Below the pieces are notes generated by a model. That model was not told where the DNA came from. It searched no databases and saw only the letters and a list, made by a program, of their open reading frames with translations. The translations under genes and the position numbers were made by a program. From NCBI GenBank assembly GCA_963715865.1, contig OY970280.1, positions 352,001 through 416,000 of the forward strand: 64,000 nt of DNA. Direction: 5' to 3'. Below, piece after piece: positions 29,747 to 39,491 of this stretch; position 1 is the first letter of the stretch, and each line of letters begins with the position of its first letter. Origin of the DNA: Candidatus Bathyarchaeota archaeon. Lineage in GTDB: Archaea; Thermoproteota; Bathyarchaeia; Bathyarchaeales; Bathycorpusculaceae.

Positions 29747-29894
29747 AATGGCAGAAAAGAAAGGCAAATTGAAGATAACAATAGAGGTTGAAGTAAACGA
29801 GGAGCTAATAGATTTAGCTAAAGATGCGATGTCTAAGATGCCTATGAGGATGCAGGAAATGTGGAAGGGACACGGCGGAGAAAAGAAAGAATAA
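29739..29894 (+). CDS. 51-aa hypothetical protein
   Basis: Hand translation MTEMAEKKGKLKITIEVEVNEELIDLAKDAMSKMPMRMQEMWKGHGGEKKE, preceded by AGGAGGTGG SD-like sequence. Confidence 0.6.
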   Translation: MTEMAEKKGKLKITIEVEVNEELIDLAKDAMSKMPMRMQEMWKGHGGEKKE

Positions 29895-29993
29895 GCGCTT
29901 CAATCGAATGCGATGTCGAGTTTTTTCTTAATTTTTTGAAATATCATTTTTTTCTTTCAAAGAAAGATTTTATACCCAAAGCACGCACTCTTC

Positions 29994-30302
29994 TTGATGA
30001 TAACTATGAAGTTTTTAATCGTTCAAAAAGTTAAACGCGATGTTCCCATAGAAAAATGGGCTAAACTGCTTCCGTTGCAATTCAAATACTTTGACAAGTT
30101 GGAGAAAGAGAAGACGCTTGAAGTTTATTACCACCTTATTGGACAGCAGGGCAGCATGCTAATTGTGAACGTTGATTCAGACGAGAAACTCTCAAAAATC
30201 ATAGGTCAAGACCCCTTGTTTTTTGAATGCGACCGCGAAATCTACCCGCTAACGACTCGGCAGACGCATGAGAAACAAATCCGAGAACTCCTCCAGCCAT
30301 AA
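29994..30302 (+). CDS. Muconolactone isomerase-like dimeric alpha/beta barrel protein
   Basis: GSMLIVNVDSDEKLSKIIGQDPLF...EIYPL pattern. Confidence 0.6.
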   Translation: MMITMKFLIVQKVKRDVPIEKWAKLLPLQFKYFDKLEKEKTLEVYYHLIGQQGSMLIVNVDSDEKLSKIIGQDPLFFECDREIYPLTTRQTHEKQIRELLQP

Positions 30303-30323
30303 CCATAAACAGGTTTTCAATGC

Positions 30324-30884
30324 ATGGGTTGCCATGGCGGTTTCGCCCTCGATGAAGCAACTAGGCGCGTCTGGTACAATCCAGAGGCTATACTGCAAGA
30401 CTTACGGTCTGGCATGATATTCGCTGATATAGGTTGCGGCGACGGCTTCTTCAGCATTTTAGCAGGAAAAAAAGTAGGCGAAAAAGGAAAAGTTTACGCC
30501 GTGGACATAGACGCTTCAGCAATTGAAAGGCTCAAGCATAAAGCCAAAGCTGAAAGCTTGAAAAACATCACTGCTAAGGTTGGCGCGGCTGAGGAAACTG
30601 TTTTCTGCAGCAAATGCGCTGATTTTGTCTTCTATAGCATGGTGCTGCACGATTTCGCTGACCCAGCAGAAGTGCTGCAAAACGCCAAACAAATGCTAAA
30701 GTCCAATGGTCGGCTGGTTGATTTGGACTGGAAAAAACAAGAAATGCCTTTTGGTCCGCCAGTCAAGATAAGGTTTAGCGAAGAGCAAGCATCAAATTTA
30801 ATCCGAAATGCAGGCTTTCAGGTTGACAGCGTCAAAGACACTGGAAGCTACCATTACATTGTGATTGCAAAACCTTCGCCTTAG
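30324..30884 (+). CDS. Class I SAM-dependent methyltransferase
   Basis: ADIGCGDG, YAVDID, LKSNGRLVDLDW. Confidence 0.9.
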   Translation: MGCHGGFALDEATRRVWYNPEAILQDLRSGMIFADIGCGDGFFSILAGKKVGEKGKVYAVDIDASAIERLKHKAKAESLKNITAKVGAAEETVFCSKCADFVFYSMVLHDFADPAEVLQNAKQMLKSNGRLVDLDWKKQEMPFGPPVKIRFSEEQASNLIRNAGFQVDSVKDTGSYHYIVIAKPSP

Positions 30885-30889
30885 TAAAA

Positions 30890-31495
30890 TCAGGTTTGCT
30901 CTGCGATGGCGTAAAGTTCTAGCAAGTCTCGCTTGAACAGTTCAGGCTGATCTTTATACGCTGAATGTGCTGCGCCATTGTAGACTAGGAGTTTAGCGTT
31001 GGGCAGTTTGCCTGCTAGGGTTCTCATTTCTTCCCCTGATATGAAGTTGTCTTGTGAACCCCAAATTATCCTAACTGGAAAATTAAACTTGCCAAAAGAC
31101 TGCAATAAATCTTCTTCCAGTGCTCTGGCAGGCGCAATCAAAAGCAAACCCTTAACAGGAAACCTTGCCGCATACCTCAATGCAATGTGACCGCCTATGC
31201 TAGCGCCGACAAGAACAGGCACCGCTGAACCGAACACGTTGCGGACTGCCTCCGCCGCAACCGCCAAGTTAGCTTCGGCATTTCGTGTTTTAGGTTGGCA
31301 CCTGCTTCTCAAACCGTAAGGCATGTCTAAAGCTAAAAACGGCACACGCTTCTCAATTAACAATTCCGTTATGCCAATGCGTTGCCAAACATCTATTGTA
31401 TACGATAAGCCGTGCAGGAAAACAATTGGAATGCCAGGCGCAGTGTAGTATAAGGCTTGGCATTTATGGCCAGCGGCGTTTAATGTTTTTTCCAT
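30890..31495 (-). CDS. Alpha/beta hydrolase
   Basis: FLHG, GASIGG nucleophile elbow, WGSQD, AAHSAY; start taken at ATG 31495. Confidence 0.85.
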   Translation of the reverse strand: MEKTLNAAGHKCQALYYTAPGIPIVFLHGLSYTIDVWQRIGITELLIEKRVPFLALDMPYGLRSRCQPKTRNAEANLAVAAEAVRNVFGSAVPVLVGASIGGHIALRYAARFPVKGLLLIAPARALEEDLLQSFGKFNFPVRIIWGSQDNFISGEEMRTLAGKLPNAKLLVYNGAAHSAYKDQPELFKRDLLELYAIAEQT

Positions 31496-31554
31496 AGATT
31501 TTAGTAAGGTTTCGTTTCTTATAACATTTAATTGCGCGCTGGCTTGTCCCTTTA

Positions 31555-31758
31555 TTATGTGTTGAAGTAGGGTGTTGAGACGGCTTTGTCTGGTCGTCTG
31601 ATGTTTTCTGCTGCTTCTCTGTCCAGAACCAGACACAACAAACTGTAAAGTGCGTAGGAAGCGATGTTTGTTACGCCTCTAACCTTGTTTATGGCCAAAC
31701 TGTACTGCGTCTTCAAGAAACTGTAAACCGCTTCAATACGCGGCAGGTCCAGACGCAA
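31555..31758 (-). mobile_element. Transposase C-terminal remnant (IS5/IS1182-like)
   Basis: RIEAVYSFLKTQYSLAINKVRGVTN matches the RxxxExxFxxxK...xRG motif. Confidence 0.65.
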
Positions 31759-31925
31759 GTTATAGTGGCCATCACCTACCGATTATTGTTTGCAACTATT
31801 TCATGTTTACCGTAACCAATTACAAGCGAAGAATAACTTGTACACCAGCGGTTGATAAATTTTGGGGGTCTGACATGTTTTTGTTTAAGGTCAAGATGAG
31901 TTGACAAAATTTTCGATACTTATGC

Positions 31926-32675
31926 TCATACGCTTGCTCGTTTTAGCATAGCTAAGCAGCCCAAAATAAATGCCGTCCCAAAGCCTGAGAGAGCTAACAA
32001 AGATAGCCAAGGAAAAGGTTGTCCTAAAGCTGCGGCTCGAAGACACATGCTTGAGTGAGTAAGAGGCAAAAAGTATAGAACAATTTTTAGAGCCTCAGGG
32101 AGTTGGTTAAGCGAAAAGAAAGTACCACTTAGAAATGTCATGGGCAATACTACTATGCTGCTGAATGTATTGATATCGCTGTGCGACTTTGCCCATAATG
32201 CGATAAGCACTCCAAGAGCCGAAAATGTGAATAAGGAAACAACCAAGACTATCGCAAAGAGAAGGTTAATTGAAAACAATGGCGAAAATGCAAGGCATAA
32301 TACGAGTAAAGGTAATGTGCTAACTAGACCACGCACTACTCCCACCAACGTTTTCCCCATGACTATTGAAAAGAAACCTATTGGAGACATTAAACATTCA
32401 TCGAAACATCTATAGAAAAGGCGATCAACGTGAAGCTTCATTCCTGCACCATTAAAGCTGCTTGTCATGACAGTAAGTGCGACTATGCCTGGAAGAACAA
32501 ATGCGAGGTAATCATAACCATCAATGTACAAGCCTCGTCCTAAACCATACCCAAAAGCTACCAGATAAAGCAGAGGCGATATAAGGCTGGTTAAGAGGGT
32601 TTTGGGCCAGTTCCGCCTAAGAAACCTCAAATCTGCCCATAACACGGAGTAAATGTCTTGCAATGTGCTTATCAT
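31926..32675 (-). CDS. ABC-2 type transporter permease
   Basis: YLAFVLPGIVALT, LPMTFLSGTFF, LPLTH. Confidence 0.92.
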   Translation of the reverse strand: MISTLQDIYSVLWADLRFLRRNWPKTLLTSLISPLLYLVAFGYGLGRGLYIDGYDYLAFVLPGIVALTVMTSSFNGAGMKLHVDRLFYRCFDECLMSPIGFFSIVMGKTLVGVVRGLVSTLPLLVLCLAFSPLFSINLLFAIVLVVSLFTFSALGVLIALWAKSHSDINTFSSIVVLPMTFLSGTFFSLNQLPEALKIVLYFLPLTHSSMCLRAAALGQPFPWLSLLALSGFGTAFILGCLAMLKRASV

Positions 32676-32677
32676 TT

Positions 32678-33547
32678 TCAGTTGCCGCCTACTTTTTCAC
32701 CTGTTAGTTCTACAAACGTGTCTTCCAGGTTTGATTCTCTAATCAGGATGGTCTTTACATCAGAAGAAAGGCTTTGAACATAGCTTGTTGCTGTTTCTCT
32801 GCTTGAGAAATAGTGATAACGGGTGTGCATGTTGTTTTCAAGAGTTTCTACGGTAAATAGTCCTATTTTTTGGCGTAATTCTGTAGGGCTTCCTAATGCT
32901 ATTAGGTGCCCTTTGTGGATTATTCCCACCTGGTGACAGAGGGCTTCCGCTTCCTCGATATAGTGAGTAGTTAGGAAAATTGTGGTGCCGTCGTTGTTGA
33001 GGCGACGTATTAGGTCCCATAAGCTTCGTCTTGTCTGGACATCTAAGCCTACAGTTGGTTCGTCAAGAAAGAGCACTTTGGGCTGATGAACAAGAGCACT
33101 TGCGATCATTGCGGATCTTTTCATACCTCCTGAAAGGCTTCTCACCATCTGGTCACCTTGTTTGGAGAGTCCCACGTAATCAAGCAGTTCATTGATGCGT
33201 TTGTTGCGTTCAGGCGAATTTATACGTCGGAATCTTGCGTGCAACTCCATGTTCTCCTTTAAAGTTAAGTCTAGGTCCAGTGTTAGGTGCTGTTGTACCA
33301 CGCCGATTATTTTTTTCACTTCACCAGGTTCTTCAAGTACATTAAAATTTGCTATCCATGCATTTCCTGAGGTGGGTTTGGTTAAGGTGGTGAGTATGCG
33401 AATAGTTGTTGTTTTGCCTGCACCATTTGGTCCTAGAAAACCAAATATTTCTCCCTGGCTTACTGTGAGGTTCAAATCTTGGATTGCCCAACATTCCCCG
33501 TATTTTTTAGTCAACTTATCAATTAATATGGTTGCTTTCAAGATCAA
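32678..33547 (-). CDS. ABC transporter ATP-binding subunit (DrrA-like)
   Basis: GPNGAGKTT, LSGGMKR, LFLDEPTVGLD. Confidence 0.95.
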   Translation of the reverse strand: MILKATILIDKLTKKYGECWAIQDLNLTVSQGEIFGFLGPNGAGKTTTIRILTTLTKPTSGNAWIANFNVLEEPGEVKKIIGVVQQHLTLDLDLTLKENMELHARFRRINSPERNKRINELLDYVGLSKQGDQMVRSLSGGMKRSAMIASALVHQPKVLFLDEPTVGLDVQTRRSLWDLIRRLNNDGTTIFLTTHYIEEAEALCHQVGIIHKGHLIALGSPTELRQKIGLFTVETLENNMHTRYHYFSSRETATSYVQSLSSDVKTILIRESNLEDTFVELTGEKVGGN

Positions 33548-33811
33548 GCTCTCCTTTTTTGCTCTTCTCCATTTAATCTTGGCGTATCTTCTTAAAGATG
33601 GATTATCCAGCCACCCCTACGTTATCTATTTCACCTTTAAAGGTTTACCGAAAACTTGATTTCGAGCAAAATTTTTGACACTTTAAGCAGAAACGTCGTT
33701 ACTTATTGCCATTTTTACAAATTGAGGCACTAGCCACACCCGAGTGTCGCGCGCTAGCGGATATGCGAAAAGAATAATAGCCCTCTAAAGTTTCATTAAA
33801 TAGGTGATTTT

Positions 33812-34270
33812 ATGGCTGTTAAAGTTGGCGATAAAGCGCCAGATTTCACACTGCCCTCACAAATGGGCGACAATGTGACACTTTCAGAATTCTTCGGCAA
33901 AAAGAACATAGTCTTATATTTTTATCCGAAAGATGAATCGCCCGGCTGCACACGGGAAGCCTGCAGTTTCAGAGATAGCTATGAAGAATTAACAAATTTG
34001 GGTGCTGAAGTACTCGGTGTAAGTGGTCAAAGCGTGGAATCTCACAAATCGTTCGCTACCCACTATGGTTTACCGTTCATTCTTCTCAGCGATAAGGACA
34101 ATAAGGTTAGGGAACTGTACGGTGTGCCTTCAACCATGGGCATAATTCCAGGACGAGTCACCTACATAATTGACAAACAAGGCATTGTCCGCCACATTTT
34201 CTCTTCCCAAACCCAAGCAGAACGGCACGTGGAAGAAGCAAAAAGAACGCTTGAGGAACTGGAAAAATAG
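33812..34270 (+). CDS. bcp: Peroxiredoxin (BCP/PrxQ)
   Basis: [16 protein letters not shown]. Confidence 0.93.
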   Translation: MAVKVGDKAPDFTLPSQMGDNVTLSEFFGKKNIVLYFYPKDESPGCTREACSFRDSYEELTNLGAEVLGVSGQSVESHKSFATHYGLPFILLSDKDNKVRELYGVPSTMGIIPGRVTYIIDKQGIVRHIFSSQTQAERHVEEAKRTLEELEK

Positions 34271-34301
34271 CAACTTGCCGCTTAAGTGGAGAAGCCGCTA
34301 A

Positions 34302-35537
34302 TTGCTGAATTTATACAATAGCCTTACACGAAAAATTGAGCCGTTCAAACCCGCAGAAGACATGCAGGTTAAAATGTACACTTGTGGTCCCTCAACCTAC
34401 CAGCGAGCGCACATTGGAAACTACCGCACCTTCCTCTTTGAAGACATTCTTCAACGCTACATGGAATACTTAGGCTACAAAGTAAAACGGCTCATCACAC
34501 TAACCGACGTTGAAGACAAAGCCATTGCTCAAGCAAAAAAAGAAAACCTCACCATAGAAGAACTAACAAGAAAAAACGAAGCCGCCTTCTTCCAAGATTT
34601 CAAGCTCCTAAAAATAAAACCGCCAGATTACGCCGTAAGGGCTTCCTCAGCCGTGGACCAAGCTGCAAGATTAATCGCTCAGCTTTTAGAGAAGGGCTAC
34701 GCTTACTGGTACACGTATAGGGGCGAAAAAAACGCTTGTTTCGACCCATTAAAATTTAGTGGTTTTGGAAAACTTGCCCATTTGGACATGAGTAAGTGGC
34801 CGAAAAAGAAGCGCCGCTTTCACAAGGACACTTACCCTGGGACTCCATGGAATCTTGGGGATTTTATTCTTTGGCATGGCTGCAGGCAAGATGATGTTTG
34901 CTATGACACGCAGATTGGCAGTGGCAGGCCAGCGTGGAACATTCAAGACGCAGCCATAGTAACCAAGCATCTGGGCTTCACAATTGACGTTGCCTGCGGT
35001 GGAATCGACAATTTGGTTAGGCATCATGATTATACGCTTGCCATTGCAGAAGCTGTTTCAGGTAAACAGTTCTCGAGGCATTGGCTTCATGGCGGTCACC
35101 TTTTTGTTGATGGCAAAAAGATGTCTAAAAGCATTGGTAACGTGTATTACCCAAGCGACCTTTTAGAGAAAGGTTTTAGTGGCGAGCAGTTGCGGTTCTT
35201 TCTTATCTATGGGCATTACCAGGAAAAACTAAACTTTACCGTCGAAAAGCTGGCTGAAACTAGTCGGAAACTGGATTCTCTCAAAAACATGGTTAAGGAG
35301 TTGCAAGAGTCAAAATCTGATCATTCCAATCCAGAGACAGAGGCGCTGACTAGCAGAATTGCTTCTGAGTTCGAGGGTGGCATGAATAATGATTTAGATG
35401 TTAAATCTGCCTTTGATAGCCTGTATGAAACAATCTGTGAGTTGCACAAGACGTGTGAATCATTAAACGTTAAAGATGTAAAAAATATATTGAATAGTTT
35501 GCGCAGGATTAATTCTGTGCTTCAATGCATTTTCTAG
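34302..35537 (+). CDS. Cysteinyl-tRNA synthetase paralogue (class I), altered Zn site, no anticodon-binding C-terminus
   Basis: YTCGPSTY, HIGN, KMSKS and a DALR-like tail; WHIEC replaced by WNIQD and HHENE by HHDYT. Confidence 0.8.
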   Translation: MLNLYNSLTRKIEPFKPAEDMQVKMYTCGPSTYQRAHIGNYRTFLFEDILQRYMEYLGYKVKRLITLTDVEDKAIAQAKKENLTIEELTRKNEAAFFQDFKLLKIKPPDYAVRASSAVDQAARLIAQLLEKGYAYWYTYRGEKNACFDPLKFSGFGKLAHLDMSKWPKKKRRFHKDTYPGTPWNLGDFILWHGCRQDDVCYDTQIGSGRPAWNIQDAAIVTKHLGFTIDVACGGIDNLVRHHDYTLAIAEAVSGKQFSRHWLHGGHLFVDGKKMSKSIGNVYYPSDLLEKGFSGEQLRFFLIYGHYQEKLNFTVEKLAETSRKLDSLKNMVKELQESKSDHSNPETEALTSRIASEFEGGMNNDLDVKSAFDSLYETICELHKTCESLNVKDVKNILNSLRRINSVLQCIF

Positions 35538-35777
35538 TTAGACTAATTCGCCTACCAGCTTAACTCTCTGAAAAGTTTCCTCTCTATGTGGAGCCATCTC
35601 TAATTCTTCAGTTAAGTCTTTTCCTGCTTGGTGCATGCCTAGGTGGTCTCCATCCATCCAGAAACTGCTTTGCGAGACATCGTAAACTTTGCCTTTGTAT
35701 GCTATGTAGGCTGGTTTGCCGTTTTTTCCGTTATTTTCTTCAAGCTCTTGTCGGGTTACCTTTTTTTGTTCAATCAA
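35538..35777 (-). CDS. Cytochrome b5-like heme/steroid-binding protein
   Basis: YIAYKGKVYDVS...HLGMHQAGKDLT...APH. Confidence 0.9.
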   Translation of the reverse strand: MIEQKKVTRQELEENNGKNGKPAYIAYKGKVYDVSQSSFWMDGDHLGMHQAGKDLTEELEMAPHREETFQRVKLVGELV

Positions 35778-35830
35778 AAAAATTCCTTCTTATTTTAAAG
35801 TTAGCGCCTGCATTTAAATCGTTTACGGCT

Positions 35831-36892
35831 CTAGTTTCTTATGCTGGGACCGGATGATGATTGGTAGGCTGCGTTTATGTTGATTCCGCCCACGCTTGTT
35901 TTGAGGGTTATGAGGAAGTTGCTTTCAGCTGGGTAATTGTTCGATTGTATTGGTGACTTGTCTCCTGAAAAGTTGTTGAGATTTGTTGTGATTTGTCCAA
36001 TTTGCGTTTGCGATTCAATCCTTGCTCCAACGCCATTATCAATGTTCATTGCAAGGTTAACTGCGCCTGTTGTGGTGGCCGCGTTAACTTGAACATTTCC
36101 TGAGAGCGCTTTGTTTTCCGTTATGTCAGTGTCAACTGTGCCTGTGGTTGTTTGCAGGTTAAATGTGTCGTTGCCTTGAACGTTTGCTTGGTTCATTCGG
36201 AACGAGACGGCTCCAGTTGTTGTTTTAAGTGATATGTCTCCTGCAATTACTGTGCCGTTTTCTATGTTCGCTTGAATCATGCCTGTGGTGGACTTAAGGT
36301 TTAACGACTCAAAAGTTGCCGGTTCAGCGGCGGTTAAGCTGATTTGTCCAGTTTCCGTGGTGATATTGAGGTTTAGGCGTACTGAAGGGCTGATGTAAAT
36401 GGTGCAGGTTACCCTTAGCGCTCTTGAGAAAAGTCCATGATTAGCGTAAGTGACTTTTGATGTGACCGTTAACGTGTTGCCAGCGGTTTCGTTGCTGAAG
36501 GTTACTTGGATTGGGTTGGTTGAATCAAAAACGCCTATTGAGCCTGTTGCAGAAGTGCCGATTAGGATGGTTCTGCCCGTTAAGTTTTGGGCTATAACGT
36601 TCACTTCTGCCACGTCAGCTTGAAAATTCAAGTTTAATGTGTTGATGTTTGGTTGGTTTACTTGGTTTGTTTGGTTAAAATTCACGGAGTGAAGCGGCGC
36701 AAAAATTATGGCGCTTACAATTACTGCCGTAACTACTATAGCGATTAGGATGATTGCTGTTACTATTAATGGGTCTTTTCTTATTGGTCTTGCTGGAGGT
36801 GCAGGGGTAAAAGTGGCTACTGGTGTTCCGCACTTATAGCAGAACCGAGCGTCTTCTTCCAGTTTAGTTCCGCATCTTCGGCAGTAAGGCAA
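35831..36892 (-). CDS. Zinc-ribbon, TM and DUF4097-like beta-repeat protein
   Basis: YCRRCG...FCYKCG, one TM, repeated LxTTTGxV strands. Confidence 0.75.
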   Translation of the reverse strand: MPYCRRCGTKLEEDARFCYKCGTPVATFTPAPPARPIRKDPLIVTAIILIAIVVTAVIVSAIIFAPLHSVNFNQTNQVNQPNINTLNLNFQADVAEVNVIAQNLTGRTILIGTSATGSIGVFDSTNPIQVTFSNETAGNTLTVTSKVTYANHGLFSRALRVTCTIYISPSVRLNLNITTETGQISLTAAEPATFESLNLKSTTGMIQANIENGTVIAGDISLKTTTGAVSFRMNQANVQGNDTFNLQTTTGTVDTDITENKALSGNVQVNAATTTGAVNLAMNIDNGVGARIESQTQIGQITTNLNNFSGDKSPIQSNNYPAESNFLITLKTSVGGININAAYQSSSGPSIRN

Positions 36893-36992
36893 TTTGCATG
36901 AAACCTCAAGATACGAGGTATTGCAACTTGAAAAATTTAAGCCTTATCAAAAACTTTTCTCGTTTCCTTCTTTTTAATTCTCCAACTGTACT

Positions 36993-38747
36993 GTGGTTAT
37001 AGCAATTTTAATAAGGACGACACTAAACGATTTGTTGGAGATACATTTGCCTGAAAAAGTTTTAGTTACATCCGCTTGGCCATACATTAACGTCACGCCA
37101 CACTTAGGCAACCTTGTCGGCTCCGTCCTATCAGCCGACGTCACAGCACGATACTACAGGTTGCGCGGCGATGACGTTTTGATGGTGAGCGGTTCAGATG
37201 AGCATGGCACCCCCATAGAGGTTGAAGCGCTACGGCAGGGCATTACGCCTAAAGAGTTAACCGACCGAAACCATGCCCGCGTAGCCGAACTCTTCCGTAA
37301 ATGGGACGCTTCCTTTGACAATTACACTCGCACTGAAAGCCCAGTGCACAAGCATTTCGTCCAAAAAACCTTACTGGAAATCCAGAAGAACGGTTACATT
37401 TTCGAGCAGGACACTCAGATGCTTTATTGCCTGCATGACCAGCGCTTCTTGCCCGACAGGTTCGTGGAAGGCAAATGCCCATACTGCGGTTACGAGCGAG
37501 CCCGCGGAGACCAATGCGACCACTGCGGCAGGCTTTTAGAACCTACCATGCTTGTTGAGCCGTACTGTGTAATCTGCAAAAACACGCCAACCGTGAAAAC
37601 AACACATCACTGGTACATCGACCTATCCAAACTCGCTAAGCCATTAACCCAGTACCTGCAGGATAACCAGCAACTTCCAGCCAACGTGAAAAACTTCAGC
37701 TTAAACTGGATAAAAGAAGGCTTAAAACCGCGAGCCGTCACCCGCGACATTGAATGGGGCATCCCCGCACCTTTCCAGGGAGCGGAAGGCAAAACCATCT
37801 ACGTTTGGGTTGACGCCGTCTTAGGCTACGTTTCAGCAACCATCGAGCAGTGCCAACGCATGGGGCAACCAGAAAAATGGCGCGAATACTGGTTTAACAA
37901 GCAAGCCAAAACCCTCTACTTCGTAGGCAAAGACAACATTCCATTCCACACAATAATTTTGCCCGCTTTGCTGTTGGCTTCAGGCGAAGACTACAACCTG
38001 CCATGGAACGTTTCCGCCACCGAATTCCTCCAGTTCAAAGGAGAAAAAGCCTCAAAAAGCCAACGCATCGGCATATGGATAGACGAAGCACTCGAAATGT
38101 TCCCTGTGGATTATTGGCGCTTCTTCCTAATTGCTACAAGACCCGAAAGCAAAGACACCAACTTCACATGGAGCGCATTCATCGAAAAAATCAACGCTGA
38201 CTTGAACGATACCTTCGGCAACTTCATCCACCGAACCTTAAGCTTTATTGTTTCAAAATTTGATGGAGAAATTCCAAAACCAACAAAGCTGGACAAGGAC
38301 GACCAAGCAATATTGCAGACAATAAAGGAAAAAGTGGAAACTGCCGCCAGAGAAGTTGAGAGCTCATGGTTGCAGTCAGCCGCTAACACGCTTATCAGCA
38401 TAAGCCGTATAGGAAACCAGTACCTCAACGACAAGGAACCATGGAACCTCATGAAAACCGACAAGGAAAAAGCCGCAACCATATTCTACGTTGCCGCTCA
38501 GGTAGTGAAAGCCATTACGGTGGTTTCAGCGCCTTTCATCCCAGAGACAGCGGAGCAGCTTTGGCAAACACTCAACCTTCAAGGAAGCGTAAGTAAAAGC
38601 AACTGGGATGAAGCATTAAAACCGTTAGAGCCAGGGCACAAAATAGCTAAACCAAAACCGCTGTTCCACAAAATTGAGGATGACGAGGCAAAACTGGATG
38701 AACAGTTGGCTCAGGTTAGAGCTAAACTGGCAAGCCAGCCTAAATAA
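36993..38747 (+). CDS. metG: Methionyl-tRNA synthetase
   Basis: TSAWPY, HLGN, GSDEHG, CPYC..CDHC knuckle, YVWVDA, GKDN, KASKS; start probably near 37046. Confidence 0.96.
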   Translation: MVIAILIRTTLNDLLEIHLPEKVLVTSAWPYINVTPHLGNLVGSVLSADVTARYYRLRGDDVLMVSGSDEHGTPIEVEALRQGITPKELTDRNHARVAELFRKWDASFDNYTRTESPVHKHFVQKTLLEIQKNGYIFEQDTQMLYCLHDQRFLPDRFVEGKCPYCGYERARGDQCDHCGRLLEPTMLVEPYCVICKNTPTVKTTHHWYIDLSKLAKPLTQYLQDNQQLPANVKNFSLNWIKEGLKPRAVTRDIEWGIPAPFQGAEGKTIYVWVDAVLGYVSATIEQCQRMGQPEKWREYWFNKQAKTLYFVGKDNIPFHTIILPALLLASGEDYNLPWNVSATEFLQFKGEKASKSQRIGIWIDEALEMFPVDYWRFFLIATRPESKDTNFTWSAFIEKINADLNDTFGNFIHRTLSFIVSKFDGEIPKPTKLDKDDQAILQTIKEKVETAAREVESSWLQSAANTLISISRIGNQYLNDKEPWNLMKTDKEKAATIFYVAAQVVKAITVVSAPFIPETAEQLWQTLNLQGSVSKSNWDEALKPLEPGHKIAKPKPLFHKIEDDEAKLDEQLAQVRAKLASQPK

Positions 38748-38761
38748 GAAGAGGCTAATAA

Positions 38762-39424
38762 ATGCAAATTAAAGCCGACCTACATGTTCACACAACCTAC
38801 TCGAAAGATTCACTGATAACACCCAAAGACCTCATTTATTTCGCAAAGAAACACGGCTTGGACGCTGTTGCCGTCACAGACCACGACCAACTTGAAGGCG
38901 CACGTAAAATAGCTAAAGAAACAGACTTCCTTATTATTCCAGGCATGGAAGTTTCAAGCCGTGATGGGCACATCGTTGCTCTTAACGTTCAAGAGTTAAT
39001 ACCTAGGGGTTTGAGCGCTGTTGAAACTGTCGAGCGGATTCATAAAGCAGGCGGAGTGGCAATTGCCTGTCACCCCTACGTGTACTTCAAGGGATGCTTA
39101 AGAGACAATGTCTGCGCCACGTTTGATGCTATCGAAGTCATAAACGCCCGAGCTTTCCCATTCAAGAGCAGTGTAAAAAAAGCAGAGCAAACCGCGAAGA
39201 ACCTTGGGCTTTCACGCGTGGCTGGAACTGACGCCCATTATGGTCCACAAATAGGTTACGCTTACACCGTTATAGAAGCCGCTGAACCCAGCGTTGAAGC
39301 AATAACTAAAGCTATAGTGAAAGGCGATTGCCAACCCTTTGGTGAGCCAGTGCCCGCTATTCTAAACGCACAGCAAGAGTTCCAAAGGTTAAAAAGGATG
39401 ATTAAAAAATTCAGCCATACTTAA
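38762..39424 (+). CDS. PHP domain phosphoesterase
   Basis: DLHVHT, TDHD, GHI, CHPY, GTDAH. Confidence 0.9.
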   Translation: MQIKADLHVHTTYSKDSLITPKDLIYFAKKHGLDAVAVTDHDQLEGARKIAKETDFLIIPGMEVSSRDGHIVALNVQELIPRGLSAVETVERIHKAGGVAIACHPYVYFKGCLRDNVCATFDAIEVINARAFPFKSSVKKAEQTAKNLGLSRVAGTDAHYGPQIGYAYTVIEAAEPSVEAITKAIVKGDCQPFGEPVPAILNAQQEFQRLKRMIKKFSHT

Positions 39425-39491
39425 GAAGCAAAATTAGGGCATTGTTATTTTTAAAATGAATAAATTTTTTGGGTTAATTAGTTGCGTGTGT

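Noticed and set aside
31496-31636. N-terminal extension of the alpha/beta hydrolase
   Set aside because: Overlaps the transposase remnant in another frame; hydrolase-like sequence starts at MEKTLN
20233-31742. CGCG tetramers at IS-scrap ends (20233-20236 and 31739-31742)
   Set aside because: Tetramers are expected every few hundred bp, so they were not counted as evidence for the junction pattern
36993-38747. MetRS lacking a C-terminal tRNA-binding domain
   Set aside because: Short MetRS forms are common and not unusual
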